60,518 bases of DNA, filler included, from 4 parts of 4 records of this genome joined end to end with filler, not necessarily neighbours in it, one strand, 5' to 3'; shown: positions 41,105-51,364, counted from the first letter of the whole stretch. Notes: generated by a model not told the origin, from the letters alone. Translations and numbers: made by a program.

Positions 41105-43396
41105 ATGATGACAGAGATCCAACGTCTGGACGAAGGAAGCCAATCGAGGAGTGATCGGGAGCTGATCGATCTCTTGGCTACTGCGGTGTCTAAGCGCTCT
41201 GAACTCCGCTTGCTTAGAATCGGGGGACCGAGAGGGTTCAGAAATGCGATCATTTCTGCTGCAGAGGGTAACGACCCCGTCGCCGATCCCTTCGTGTCTG
41301 CCCTTCTGTCCCCAGATATCCCATTCATAAAGGTACTATTTGCTGACCCTAATGGTGAGCCTTTCTTGAAGCGGCTAGACCAAGAAGAGGCAAGTTGTTG
41401 GAAGGTATGGCGAGTGAGAAAACAACTCTTCCAGCTCGTACAATCTATGTTGTCCATTGGCGCGCGTCGGCATTCCCCTAATTCTTTAGTGGTCGGCTTT
41501 CACCGAGATGAGCTAATCTGGAATTTAGGCATCATTGGGCAAGACGACGCTCTTGTTAGGCCCTATGGACATGGCACTGGACACGATGAGTCTGTTTTAG
41601 CTAACCGAATTAGAAGTGACAAAGCCGAGGATATCTTAGCTCGTGCATTCCTCAAGTACTTTGAGACACTCTCGACACGTCTTGATACTGAGTGGATTCG
41701 TCCTGGTTCTCTGAATCTTGAGGCGACACCTCGTTGGCCTAGTCTTTATAAGGGCAACGCGATTCTTGCGGGTGATACAGACATTGACGGAACTGCCGAG
41801 CCGGAACTTGCGCCATATGAAGTCTGTAAGATATGCCTTGAACCGCGAGCCAACGAAGCCGAGGAGCGATGGCTTGGACTTTCGGAGTCACTTCGCGCTA
41901 GACAGACCAGCTTCAGGCCGGGAACTGTGATCAAACGGCTTAATGACTTTCGAGGCCACGGTATTATAACCGATCGAATCCCTGGCCCCTCTTTATTCGA
42001 ACTGGCTGCTTGCCTAAATAGTACATCCGTCCAAGAAAGTTACCTTTCTAGGGTTGGTGCGGTGCTAGACATTCTACTAGAAGACTCCCTGAAGGCGTTG
42101 ATCGAATTCCGTGACTTGGCTGAGAGTGTTCTGCCTCGTGCAAAGCGGGCAACATATCCATATGGGGCTAAGCTCACTTCAGCAATAAAGGAGATCCGAA
42201 AACACTGCGCATCAATTCCAGAAGAAGTTTGGTGCGAAGCGATTGAAGACTCTACAGAACTTGGGGAGGAGCTTGAGCAACATGCCGTAGTTCCCTTCCG
42301 AGATGCTCACCTGAAAAATCGCCTATGGAGGGAGCCGCGCTCCACCGAGGCCATTACCAACAGTCTATTAGACTTGTCGCTCGACGAAGTTCCATATCAT
42401 ATAAACAGTCGTGTCAAGGACATTGATTTTGAGACCGCATTCTATAACGTTACACTTTGGGACGACCCGTTTCATATTCTTCTATTTGAGTATTCGACCA
42501 TTGGGCGACGTCCTGTCGATCCTCATGCTATAGACATTTGGGATCGATTTAGTGATAGTTGTGGTTCACTATCAGATCTGAGAGCCTGGCGTACTGGACT
42601 TGCACGGGCCACGCGGGAATTCGCCAGAAGGCTGTGGTATTACAATGTAATGCCAAATAGTTACGCTATGCGCTACTCAAGTGAAACGCCAGACTTCTTT
42701 CTTCGACTCGCTCTGGAATGTTCTAGCCGCTGTAGTGGCTATTTGAAGCTGCGAAGATTATTGGAAGCATTGGAGGCGCATTGTAATTTTGGAGGTTTGG
42801 GATCGACACGACATGACAGAATTACTCCGGCTCCCTATTCAACAGAATTGAGCAACGGCCTGGAGCCACATCGGTCCAAGCCCTTCTTCTCTCATCCTCT
42901 CGCCACTACCCGTGCAAGCCTTCATCATCTTGACAGTAATAGGAAAGCGCTACGCGCCTTCGTCAGCTACTCACATCATGATGAGCAACATCGAGAGAAA
43001 CTCGAGAGAACTCTTGTTTTATTAAAGAGAAGCGGCCTCCTAGAGACATGGAGTGACCGTCGTTTGGTTCCTGGAGAAGAATGGGATAAGGAAATTGCCT
43101 TAGAACTGAACACTGCCGATGTAATAATATTTCTCGTTAGTTTCGAGTTCTTGGCATCGGACTATTGTTCTGAAGTTGAAGTCCGGTCAGCTTTGAAACG
43201 GGATAAGGACGGAACCGCGACTGTTCTGCCGATTGTCGTTCGGCCTATTCCATTAAAACATACCGAATTTTCTCACATTCTAGCCCTACCAAGAGACGGA
43301 AAGGCAATTACAACTTGGAAGCACGAAGACGAAGCGTGGGTTGATGTGGAGCAGGGGATACGAGATGTTTGCTTGCGACTCAGAGACCGCAAATAG
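41105..43396 (+). CDS. Three-domain protein: DUF5919/PLD-like, APH/kinase-like, TIR
   Basis: N-terminal VLFADP..LVRPY..KYFETL pattern; VCK, RDAHLKN, DIDFE; C-terminal AFVSYSHHD, WSD, LASDYCSEVE; SD AAAGGA before ATG 41105/41108. Confidence 0.8.
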   Translation: MMTEIQRLDEGSQSRSDRELIDLLATAVSKRSELRLLRIGGPRGFRNAIISAAEGNDPVADPFVSALLSPDIPFIKVLFADPNGEPFLKRLDQEEASCWKVWRVRKQLFQLVQSMLSIGARRHSPNSLVVGFHRDELIWNLGIIGQDDALVRPYGHGTGHDESVLANRIRSDKAEDILARAFLKYFETLSTRLDTEWIRPGSLNLEATPRWPSLYKGNAILAGDTDIDGTAEPELAPYEVCKICLEPRANEAEERWLGLSESLRARQTSFRPGTVIKRLNDFRGHGIITDRIPGPSLFELAACLNSTSVQESYLSRVGAVLDILLEDSLKALIEFRDLAESVLPRAKRATYPYGAKLTSAIKEIRKHCASIPEEVWCEAIEDSTELGEELEQHAVVPFRDAHLKNRLWREPRSTEAITNSLLDLSLDEVPYHINSRVKDIDFETAFYNVTLWDDPFHILLFEYSTIGRRPVDPHAIDIWDRFSDSCGSLSDLRAWRTGLARATREFARRLWYYNVMPNSYAMRYSSETPDFFLRLALECSSRCSGYLKLRRLLEALEAHCNFGGLGSTRHDRITPAPYSTELSNGLEPHRSKPFFSHPLATTRASLHHLDSNRKALRAFVSYSHHDEQHREKLERTLVLLKRSGLLETWSDRRLVPGEEWDKEIALELNTADVIIFLVSFEFLASDYCSEVEVRSALKRDKDGTATVLPIVVRPIPLKHTEFSHILALPRDGKAITTWKHEDEAWVDVEQGIRDVCLRLRDRK

Positions 43397-43536
43397 ATTA
43401 TTGAACAGTGACCTCTTTCTATAGTGATCGAGATGGAGTCGGGCTATAAAAACGTGGGACATCCTAAGAATTTCAATTCCGACCCAATACGGTAGATCTC
43501 TTTATCAACATCGTCTATATAAGATTTGAGCAACTT

Positions 43537-43713
43537 GGCAGCACCATTCCAACAAAACGAAAAGCAATAAAAATAGCCAGTTTCAACTACTTAGTTTAAT
43601 GGTGTTTTTTCTGGCGTGTTTGGTTTCGTTTGTTTTTATTTGTAACAATTTGATTTTGACGGGCACAGTTTGGGCACAATTTAAGGGGTTGGTCGAGTTT
43701 CGGCTGACCCCTT
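43537..43713. mobile_element. Possible att-like end of an integrative element
   Basis: GGCAGCACCA (tRNA-3'-like), IHF-like TTTCAACTACTTA, direct repeat GGGCACA x2 with 11-bp spacing, then a hairpin with T-tract; no integrase visible. Confidence 0.4.
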
Positions 43714-43915
43714 TTTTCTTTTCTTCTCTCCGTAGATTTTGAAAGTCCTTCGTAACAAACCTGTCACGGAAGACAGTGTGTGTAACCGGTTCCCACCGTC
43801 ATGAGTGACGAGCTGACAACATTTTTACACTCTACTGTCGCTGAGGAACGTTCTGACCACAGAAAGACGGAACCTTACAGAGAACGGAAGGGGAATGGGG
43901 AATAGTTATAAATTC

Positions 43916-44015
43916 NNNNNNNNNNNNNNNNNNNNNNNNNNNNNNNNNNNNNNNNNNNNTTAATTAATTAANNNNNNNNNNNNNNNNNNNNNNNNNNNNN
44001 NNNNNNNNNNNNNNN
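43916..44015. other. Artificial contig linker
   Basis: N44-TTAATTAATTAA-N44. Confidence 0.98.
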
Positions 44016-44017
44016 AC

Positions 44018-45169
44018 TCCATCGCGGGCCTGATCGTGGCCCTTTCGGCTCCGCTTCTGGGAGCGATCGCCGACAAAGGGACAGGCAAAAAGAAGTTCCT
44101 GCTGTTCTTCGCCTTCCTGGGCGCGCTGATGACGTGCGGCCTGAGCCTGGTCGCCCAAGGCCATTGGCAGTGGGCCGCGGTGCTCTATGCGGTCGGGACC
44201 ATCGGCTATTGCGGTGGCAATGTCTTCTACGATGCGCTGATCATCACGGTCGCTTCGCCCAAGAAAATGGACGTCGTCTCGGCGTTGGGCTACTCGCTGG
44301 GCTATCTCGGCGGCGGTGCGCTCTTTGCCGTCAATGTCCTGATGACGCTCAAGCCCGAACTGTTCGGGCTGGCTGACGCGGCGGCCGCCGTAAGAGTTTC
44401 CTTCCTGATGGTGGGCCTCTGGTGGGCCCTGTTTACGATCCCACTGATTCTGTTCGTGAAGGAACCCCGTACCGGCCGGGCCAGCGCCGGACTGCAGATG
44501 GTCGGAGCCGGACTGAGGCAGGTCAGGGACACATTCAGGGGCATCCGCAAGAATCGCATGGTCTTTCTATTCCTGCTGGCCTACTGGTTCTACATCGACG
44601 GCGTCGACACGATCGTGCGGATGGCCGTCGATTGCGGTCTGTCGCTCGGGTTCGAGTCCAACGACCTGATCGTGGCCCTGCTGATCGTCCAATTCGTCGG
44701 CTTTCCCGCCGCCCTGGCCTATGGCTATCTGGGCAATCGCATCGGGGCCAAACGCGGCATCTTCCTCGCCATCGCCATCTATCTCGCCATCACCATCGGG
44801 GGCGCCTTCATGCGAACCGAGTGGCACTTCTACGTGCTGGCCATCGCCATCGGACTCGTCCAGGGTGGGATCCAGGCACTGAGCCGGTCGTACTACGCCC
44901 GGATCATCCCCGCGGACAAATCGGCCGAGTATTTTGGCTTCTACAACATGCTGGGCAAATTCGCCACCGTGCTCGGGCCCTTTCTGATGGGATACGTCGG
45001 CGTGCTGGTTCGCCAAATCAGTGGTAGCAGTGATCTAGGCACGCGGGCGAGCATCGTGTCGATTGCCCTGCTGTTCATCATTGGCGGCGTGTTGCTGTGC
45101 TTCGTCGATCCGCGCCGAAACAACAAGGCCACGTCGACCTGCCCGACGAAAGGAGGCGAAGTGTCGTGA
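44018..45169 (+). CDS. MFS transporter (UMF1/Atg22-like), 5'-truncated
   Basis: LGAIAD, NVFYDALI, LGYSLGYLGG, YIDGVDT, QALSRS, EYFGFY; frame open from the contig edge. Confidence 0.88.
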   Translation, partial: SIAGLIVALSAPLLGAIADKGTGKKKFLLFFAFLGALMTCGLSLVAQGHWQWAAVLYAVGTIGYCGGNVFYDALIITVASPKKMDVVSALGYSLGYLGGGALFAVNVLMTLKPELFGLADAAAAVRVSFLMVGLWWALFTIPLILFVKEPRTGRASAGLQMVGAGLRQVRDTFRGIRKNRMVFLFLLAYWFYIDGVDTIVRMAVDCGLSLGFESNDLIVALLIVQFVGFPAALAYGYLGNRIGAKRGIFLAIAIYLAITIGGAFMRTEWHFYVLAIAIGLVQGGIQALSRSYYARIIPADKSAEYFGFYNMLGKFATVLGPFLMGYVGVLVRQISGSSDLGTRASIVSIALLFIIGGVLLCFVDPRRNNKATSTCPTKGGEVS

Positions 45170-47799
45170 TCAATCGCCTTCTGGCATTCGTACTGCGCAC
45201 GTTACTGGGATTGCGCTATCGCGTCCGAGTCAAGGGCCTGGACACGGTCCGGGAGAAAGGCACGTCGGGCATTCTCCTGCTGCCCAACCATCCGGCGCTG
45301 ATCGAGCCGATCATTCTCGCCTGTCACTTGTATCGGGGCCTTCCAGTGCGAGCCCTGGCTGACGAGACGCAGATCGACCGCTTCCTGGTCCGCACGCTGG
45401 CGCGCCGCATCAACGTCTTGTCGCTGCCCGACCTGACGACGATGGGCGCCCAATCGGCGCGACAGGTGCGCGTGGCCATCGACCAGTGCGCCGAGGCACT
45501 ACAGCAAGGGGACAACCTGATCCTGTACCCGGCCGGGCGCATCTATCGCCACAACACCGAACAGATCGGGGCCAACAGTGCCGTCGAACGGATCTTGAAG
45601 GCGGTGCCCAACGTACGTATCGTGCTCGTGCGGACGCATGGCCTGTGGGGCAGCCGTTTCAGTTGGGCCCCTGGCTACCGACCCCTGGTCATGCCGACGA
45701 TGCGCCGGGGCCTCAAGGCGCTCCTGCTCAATGGCCTGTTCTTCACGCCGCGTCGGACCGTCGAGATCGAATTGACCGAGCCGCAGGATTTTCCCCGCCA
45801 GGCCGGACGCCGCGAGATCAATCAATATCTCGACAGCGTCTACAATCAGACGCCCGAGCGCAACACGTATGTCCCCTACTCGATATGGGAGCGCGGCGGT
45901 ATCCAGGTGCGTCCCGAACCGGAGCCCGCATCACTGCGCGATTCGCTGTCACAGATTTCCCGCGCCATCCGCCGACAGGTGGTTCGTCATCTGCAGGACG
46001 TCACCGGCGTGGCCGGCATCCGCGACGACATGTCCCTGGTGCGCGATCTGGGGATGGACTCGCTGGCGATCGTGGACCTGATCACCTGGCTGGAAAGCGA
46101 ATATGGGTATTCCCAGATCGATGTCGATTCCCTGGGCCACGTGGAGGATGTGTTGCTGGCTGCGTCGGGCCAAGCCGTCTCAGCGGGCGAGACGACCCTG
46201 CACCAGATCGGTCCCAAGTGGTTCGGTGCCCGCCCGCAGCCCGGTCGCTGCGCCAAGTTCGCCGACATGACGATTACGGAGGCCTTTCTCCGGCAGGCCC
46301 GTCGTCAGCCGGACAAGGCTATCGTAGCCGACCAACTGGCGGGCGTAAAGACCTACCGTGACATGGTCCTGGCCATCCTGGTCCTGCGCCGGCAGTTTGC
46401 CGCGCTGCCCGGGGAATACCTCGGCATCATGCTGCCGGCCTCGGTCACGGTCAGCATCGTCTATCTGGCGGCGCTGTTTGCCGGCAAGACACCCGTCATG
46501 GTCAACTGGACCCTGGGGCGCCGGAACCTCAAACACGCGCTGGATTCGTTCAAGGTCACGCATATCGTCACGGCCCAGGCGCTGCTATCCCGCATCACGG
46601 CGCAGGGCATTAAACTGGACGATCTGATGGACCGCTTCCTGCCCCTGGAACAGATGCGGACGCACATCAGTCACTGGGAGAAGCTCGCGGCCTCTGTCAA
46701 ATCGCGTCTATCGTGGTCGGAGTTGTCCCGGGTGCAGCCTTCAGAGACAGCAGTCGTACTCTTCACCAGTGGTTCCGAGAGCGTTCCGAAAGCCGTGCCG
46801 CTAACCCATCGTAACATTCTCACCAACGTCTCCGATGCGTATGATTGCTTCACGCTCTCCGAGACAGACGGCTTTCTGGGGATCCTGCCCCCCTTCCATT
46901 CGTTCGGGCTGACCGTCTCGATGATCCTGCCACTGACCCTGGGCACGCGTGTCGTCTATTATCCCAATCCCACTCACGGCGGGATGCTGGGTGAGTTGAT
47001 CGATGCCTACAAGTTGAGCATCCTGCTCGGGACACCGACGTTCCTAAACGGCGTTCTGCGCGCATCCGGGCCCGAGCAATTGGGCAGTCTGCGTCTGGTC
47101 GTCTCCGGCGCCGAGAAATGCCCGGCCCGGATCTACGACACGCTGGCGACCATGTGTCCGGACGCCACGGTTCTGGAAGGATACGGCATCACGGAATGCT
47201 CGCCCGTCGTGTCGGTCAACCATGAGGACGATCCCCACCGAGGGAGCATCGGCAGGATCATGGGTTCCCTGGAATACGCGATCGTCAATCCGGAATCGAA
47301 TCAGCGACTGGCCCCGGGCCAGGAAGGGTTGCTACTGGTGCGCGGCAGCAGCGTATTCTCGGGCTATCTGAATCACGAGGGAGCGTCACCCTTCATGGAA
47401 CTCGAAGGCAAGCAGTGGTACCGAACCGGCGATCTGGTAGTCGAAGATAGCGATGGGATTCTGACGTTTCGCGGACGCCTGAAGCGCTTCGTCAAGCTGG
47501 GTGGCGAGATGGTGTCGCTACCCGCGATCGAATCCGTTCTCGGACAACACTTCGCCGACCCGGACGATGAGGGGCCGATCCTGGCCGTGGTGGCTGCTCC
47601 TGTGGAGGAGAATCCTGACGTCGTCCTGTTCTGCACCAATGACATCACGCGGGAAGCGGCCAACCAAGCCATTCGCGCCGCCGGCCTGTCGGGTCTGCAC
47701 AACATCCGTCAGGTGGTTCGCGTTGACACCCTGCCCCTGCTCGGCACCGGCAAGATCGACCACAAGGCCCTTGTCGCACAATTGGCCCAGCATCCATGA
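45166..47799 (+). CDS. Aas-like fusion: acyltransferase, acyl carrier domain, AMP-dependent ligase
   Basis: PNHPALIEP, YPAG; LGMDSL; FTSGSESVPK, EGYGITE, YRTGD; AGGAGG SD and GTGA overlap. Confidence 0.9.
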   Translation: MINRLLAFVLRTLLGLRYRVRVKGLDTVREKGTSGILLLPNHPALIEPIILACHLYRGLPVRALADETQIDRFLVRTLARRINVLSLPDLTTMGAQSARQVRVAIDQCAEALQQGDNLILYPAGRIYRHNTEQIGANSAVERILKAVPNVRIVLVRTHGLWGSRFSWAPGYRPLVMPTMRRGLKALLLNGLFFTPRRTVEIELTEPQDFPRQAGRREINQYLDSVYNQTPERNTYVPYSIWERGGIQVRPEPEPASLRDSLSQISRAIRRQVVRHLQDVTGVAGIRDDMSLVRDLGMDSLAIVDLITWLESEYGYSQIDVDSLGHVEDVLLAASGQAVSAGETTLHQIGPKWFGARPQPGRCAKFADMTITEAFLRQARRQPDKAIVADQLAGVKTYRDMVLAILVLRRQFAALPGEYLGIMLPASVTVSIVYLAALFAGKTPVMVNWTLGRRNLKHALDSFKVTHIVTAQALLSRITAQGIKLDDLMDRFLPLEQMRTHISHWEKLAASVKSRLSWSELSRVQPSETAVVLFTSGSESVPKAVPLTHRNILTNVSDAYDCFTLSETDGFLGILPPFHSFGLTVSMILPLTLGTRVVYYPNPTHGGMLGELIDAYKLSILLGTPTFLNGVLRASGPEQLGSLRLVVSGAEKCPARIYDTLATMCPDATVLEGYGITECSPVVSVNHEDDPHRGSIGRIMGSLEYAIVNPESNQRLAPGQEGLLLVRGSSVFSGYLNHEGASPFMELEGKQWYRTGDLVVEDSDGILTFRGRLKRFVKLGGEMVSLPAIESVLGQHFADPDDEGPILAVVAAPVEENPDVVLFCTNDITREAANQAIRAAGLSGLHNIRQVVRVDTLPLLGTGKIDHKALVAQLAQHP

Positions 47800-47811
47800 A
47801 ACGCCTCTGCC

Positions 47812-49068
47812 CTAGAGGCGCAGCCTGATCTTGCATCGGGTCAGCAGCGCCGCCAGAGCGAGGATCAGCACGGTGAAAACGCACGAACGGATGATGCCCA
47901 GTGTGCCCTGGCTGAAACGTCCCGGCAGGAGCGTTATATGCAACCAGGAGAGTAGGAAGTATATGATGGAAGGCAAGATGTAGGTCAGCAGCGGGTTCGA
48001 GCCGGCGGGCTTGAGCCAGCGCGTCCATCGGACGACGTGCTGGACGTCCACGACCCAATACAGAAGCACGTAGACCAGAATGCCGATCCCCGCGCAGTAC
48101 AGACTCCAGGTGGGCGTCGCGTGCACCTTGGAGATGCCGTGCAGGGGCCGCAGCAGAAAGCCGGCGACAAACAACAGCATCGCAAAGACCACCAGCCATT
48201 CCGCGCGTTGTCGAACCGACCGGGCGGGGCTGTCCTCGAAGAACAGCAGCGACACAATGATGCCGGCGACCACAATGGCACTGTGGGACGCGTTGCCGGC
48301 CTGGCCATGCAGGAACGCCAGGAACCCGGGCAACTCCAAGCCACCGGATCTCACCCCGACATAGAACGCGATCAGCAGGGCCAGGCACCCAATCATCGCG
48401 GGCAGACGCCTCCGGAAGCCAAGGTACAGCGTGCAAGAAATCACATGGGCCCATCCGATGAGCCCCAGAATCCCCCACCAGCGTGGGCCCATCCTGGTGC
48501 CGTCTTCGTTGCGATACAGCAGGTACAGGAGCACGAGAATAAGGACACCTGCCAATCGCAGACCGACATACGCCCACCTTCGCACACCAGAGGCCGACGG
48601 ATACGCGTTCCAGATCAAAATCATCGCCCCGTACATCAACAGGGCCCACGGTGCGATCCCCATCCCCGTCACCTGCCCATCGCCACTCGATTCGGCATTG
48701 ACCATGAACGCGCCCAGCACGAGCAGCCCCACGGCCCGTGTTAGAATGTGGCGCCACAACTGAAACGGGCTGGCGCCGCGATCGCTGCGAGCCTTGATTG
48801 CCCATGGGATGGACATCCCCACGATCAGCAGAAACGTGGGAAACACCAAATCCGGAAAGGTCATGGCATCGGCACTTGCAGCCGCGTGTTTGAGCCAAGT
48901 GGGTATGTCGCGTACCGAGGCCAGATCATTTACGAGTATCATGGCCAGAATCGTCAGTCCGCGAAAGACGTCAAGGGACAGGATACGGCCGGTCGCTGGT
49001 GGGTTTTCCTGCATCATTTGCCTGCTGCGTGATGGGATCGTTGCCTGCGCGGCTAGACGTTGTTCCAC
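47812..49068 (-). CDS. DUF5009/HGSNAT-like membrane acyltransferase-family protein
   Basis: RILSLDVFRGLTILAMILVN, DLVFPTFL, WWGILGLIGW, ISK..ATP, GSNPL; start may be 49017. Confidence 0.85.
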   Translation of the reverse strand: MEQRLAAQATIPSRSRQMMQENPPATGRILSLDVFRGLTILAMILVNDLASVRDIPTWLKHAAASADAMTFPDLVFPTFLLIVGMSIPWAIKARSDRGASPFQLWRHILTRAVGLLVLGAFMVNAESSGDGQVTGMGIAPWALLMYGAMILIWNAYPSASGVRRWAYVGLRLAGVLILVLLYLLYRNEDGTRMGPRWWGILGLIGWAHVISCTLYLGFRRRLPAMIGCLALLIAFYVGVRSGGLELPGFLAFLHGQAGNASHSAIVVAGIIVSLLFFEDSPARSVRQRAEWLVVFAMLLFVAGFLLRPLHGISKVHATPTWSLYCAGIGILVYVLLYWVVDVQHVVRWTRWLKPAGSNPLLTYILPSIIYFLLSWLHITLLPGRFSQGTLGIIRSCVFTVLILALAALLTRCKIRLRL

Positions 49069-49625
49069 GTTATCGGTTGCTTATCGACTTCGAGCATATC
49101 GATGCGATCGATCAGCCACTGGCCATCCGGTTGTTTCGTCAGGGTCAACCGGATCCTGGCCAGGAAGACCTGCTTGTATTGATTGGCAATGCGACTGCCC
49201 TTGGCGAAGCGCACGAACAGCGAGACCGTGACTTTCGCCTCCCGCGGCGACAATTCCACCAGGTCGCCGAGTTTCTTGAGCCGCTCGATGGTGGGCCCAT
49301 TCAACTCCTGACGGCAACGTCGTATCAGCGCCGCTTTGCTGCTGTGGCGGATGTCACTGTAGTCGGGCCCGATCACCAGCGCAATCCCGGCGACGTTCTC
49401 ATCCTCTACCGCCTTCAGAAGCATCTTCGTGACCGTGCGGACCTTCTCCATATCCGTAACCACGAAAAAGTCGAGCCCGAACGCGGCCCCGGCCAGCACC
49501 AGCGGCAGCAGCCATTGCCACCAGCGGCGTTTACGGTCCCAGACACTGCGAAAGGTCAGAACACCGAAGAGGACCACGACTGAGGCCCCCAGCAATGCCC
49601 ACGGTTGCTCGAAGATATTCCACAT
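49053..49625 (-). CDS. Hypothetical membrane protein with NTF2-like C-terminal domain
   Basis: Two N-terminal TM helices; ends LTKQPDGQWLIDRI. Confidence 0.7.
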   Translation of the reverse strand: MWNIFEQPWALLGASVVVLFGVLTFRSVWDRKRRWWQWLLPLVLAGAAFGLDFFVVTDMEKVRTVTKMLLKAVEDENVAGIALVIGPDYSDIRHSSKAALIRRCRQELNGPTIERLKKLGDLVELSPREAKVTVSLFVRFAKGSRIANQYKQVFLARIRLTLTKQPDGQWLIDRIDMLEVDKQPITWNNV

Positions 49626-49784
49626 GTTCCGGCCTCGCACTGACCATTATGGCGATTGCTTTCGTCACGAGGTAGGGGCGAATCATGATTTGCCCCTACG
49701 CCCCCGGCATGATAGACCATCGCATCAGAGCTGGCAAGGGTCGGCTTGACCGCGGAACCGCTGGTCAGTCACTACGATCCCCGG

Positions 49785-50972
49785 TTAGGGCAGAGCGCCC
49801 GTGTCGTCGAAGCCCGGAGAGCCCCCCTCAGCGGCGCTGGGTCGCCATGCGCTCTGGTCGTCCCAGGCGTTCGGATCGGTCACGCGCAAATCCCGGGCCG
49901 TCAGCGAAAAGTCCAGGCCATCGGTGGCATCGTACCAGCCGTCCCGGAAGCGGAAGGACTGGATAGTCTGGCCGGCGGCATCCACCAGTGTGAGGCGCTC
50001 ACCGCCATTGTCGAGGCGGCCCGTGTACTGCCCGGCGATGTTGTAGCCCTGACCATACCGCCCTTCGAACGCCGCCAGATCCCGAACGATCAGCACGTAA
50101 TCCTCCGGTGCCAATTCGATGCTGTCAAAGGTGAAGTCCACACCGTTCGTCAGTGCAGCCAGCTTCAGATTGATGGTCACGGGGCCAACGTTGGCCAGCT
50201 CGATGAATTCAGCATTCGGATCGCCCGCCGGATGGTACATGATCTCACTGATCCGCAGACTCTCGGCCACCGGACCGACCGCGAACACCGCCTCGTTCAG
50301 TGCACTCCACGTACTACCGCTGAGCACGCGCGATTTGATGGGCGTGCTTTCCGAGAGCGTAATGGGGTCTGCATATCGAACGGCAACGGCAGACACGCCG
50401 CTCTCGGTCGCATTGCCGACAGGAGATGTGCTGCCGCTGAGCTCTACACTGATGAGAAAATCGGAACTCGTGGTGGTAACGTTCAGCCCCTGGATCGCCA
50501 GTAGATTCGCGCCTTCGCGCAGACTGTCGAGATGAGCGCTCGCATTGAAGGGGACGAAGCTCACAGCCTCTACGTCGGAATGTGTGGTCGAAGCCGAGGC
50601 GTTCCAGCCCGCAGCCCCGTCGGCCAACACGCGCCCGATCTCAGTGCCGTTGAGGTAGGCGATGAACCCGTCGTCGTAGCGGACATCCAGGGTCAGTCCC
50701 GTGACGCTCTCTAGATCCGTGGCAGCGACGTGGAAGGGAATGCGAATGAGACAGCTGGTATTGTTCCCGTACATCTGATTCTGAACGTCGATATCAAAGA
50801 ATGCTTCGTAGCCCGCACTCCGCTCGTAGCCGACACCGCCGGTGCCACTGAGCCAGGCGGAATCGTCGAAGTCCGGGTCCGTGCGCCAGGCATCGTCGAC
50901 CGGCCCGGTCGGAACGAGCACGCGTTTGGGAGCATTCTCCGTCATCAAAGCGGTGGTTTCACCCGGTTCCGG
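49785..50972 (-). CDS. Lamin-tail-domain secreted protein, 5'-truncated
   Basis: FDDSAW, YDDGFIAYLNG, LRISEIMYHP..EFIEL, LDNGGE, GGSPG; frame open to the contig edge. Confidence 0.85.
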   Translation of the reverse strand, partial: PEPGETTALMTENAPKRVLVPTGPVDDAWRTDPDFDDSAWLSGTGGVGYERSAGYEAFFDIDVQNQMYGNNTSCLIRIPFHVAATDLESVTGLTLDVRYDDGFIAYLNGTEIGRVLADGAAGWNASASTTHSDVEAVSFVPFNASAHLDSLREGANLLAIQGLNVTTTSSDFLISVELSGSTSPVGNATESGVSAVAVRYADPITLSESTPIKSRVLSGSTWSALNEAVFAVGPVAESLRISEIMYHPAGDPNAEFIELANVGPVTINLKLAALTNGVDFTFDSIELAPEDYVLIVRDLAAFEGRYGQGYNIAGQYTGRLDNGGERLTLVDAAGQTIQSFRFRDGWYDATDGLDFSLTARDLRVTDPNAWDDQSAWRPSAAEGGSPGFDDTGALP

Positions 50973-51072
50973 NNNNNNNNNNNNNNNNNNNNNNNNNNNN
51001 NNNNNNNNNNNNNNNNTTAATTAATTAANNNNNNNNNNNNNNNNNNNNNNNNNNNNNNNNNNNNNNNNNNNN
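50973..51072. other. Artificial contig linker
   Basis: N44-TTAATTAATTAA-N44. Confidence 0.98.
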
Positions 51073-51176
51073 CAAGATGGATTACATTTGGGCGGCTCTC
51101 TGCCTTGTTGGGGCTGCCTACTTCATTTTTCGAGGGGTTGCGTAGGGGGGCTGTAAACTGTAATTAAAGCCACCTC

Positions 51177-51364
51177 CTGGTTTTTACTGTCCTTGGCGAT
51201 TACCTGCCAGTAGTAAGTTGCGCCGAATTCGAGCATGTCCGGATGGCAGACGGTTTCGGTGATGCCTTTGCAGGCCGGGACAAATTCGGCCATTTTTCCG
51301 GTTTTGTGGTAATCTCACTCCGATTGCCCGCCGTGTCAATCCCCATGAATTTGAGGGTGCCGCC
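51177..51364 (-). pseudogene. Decayed 3' continuation of the FN3/dockerin gene
   Basis: After the TAA: GGTLKFMGIDTAGNRSEI, then in another frame YHKTGKMAEFVPACKGITETVCHPDMLEFGATYYWQVIAKDS, a paralogous copy of about 51800-51925. Confidence 0.75.
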
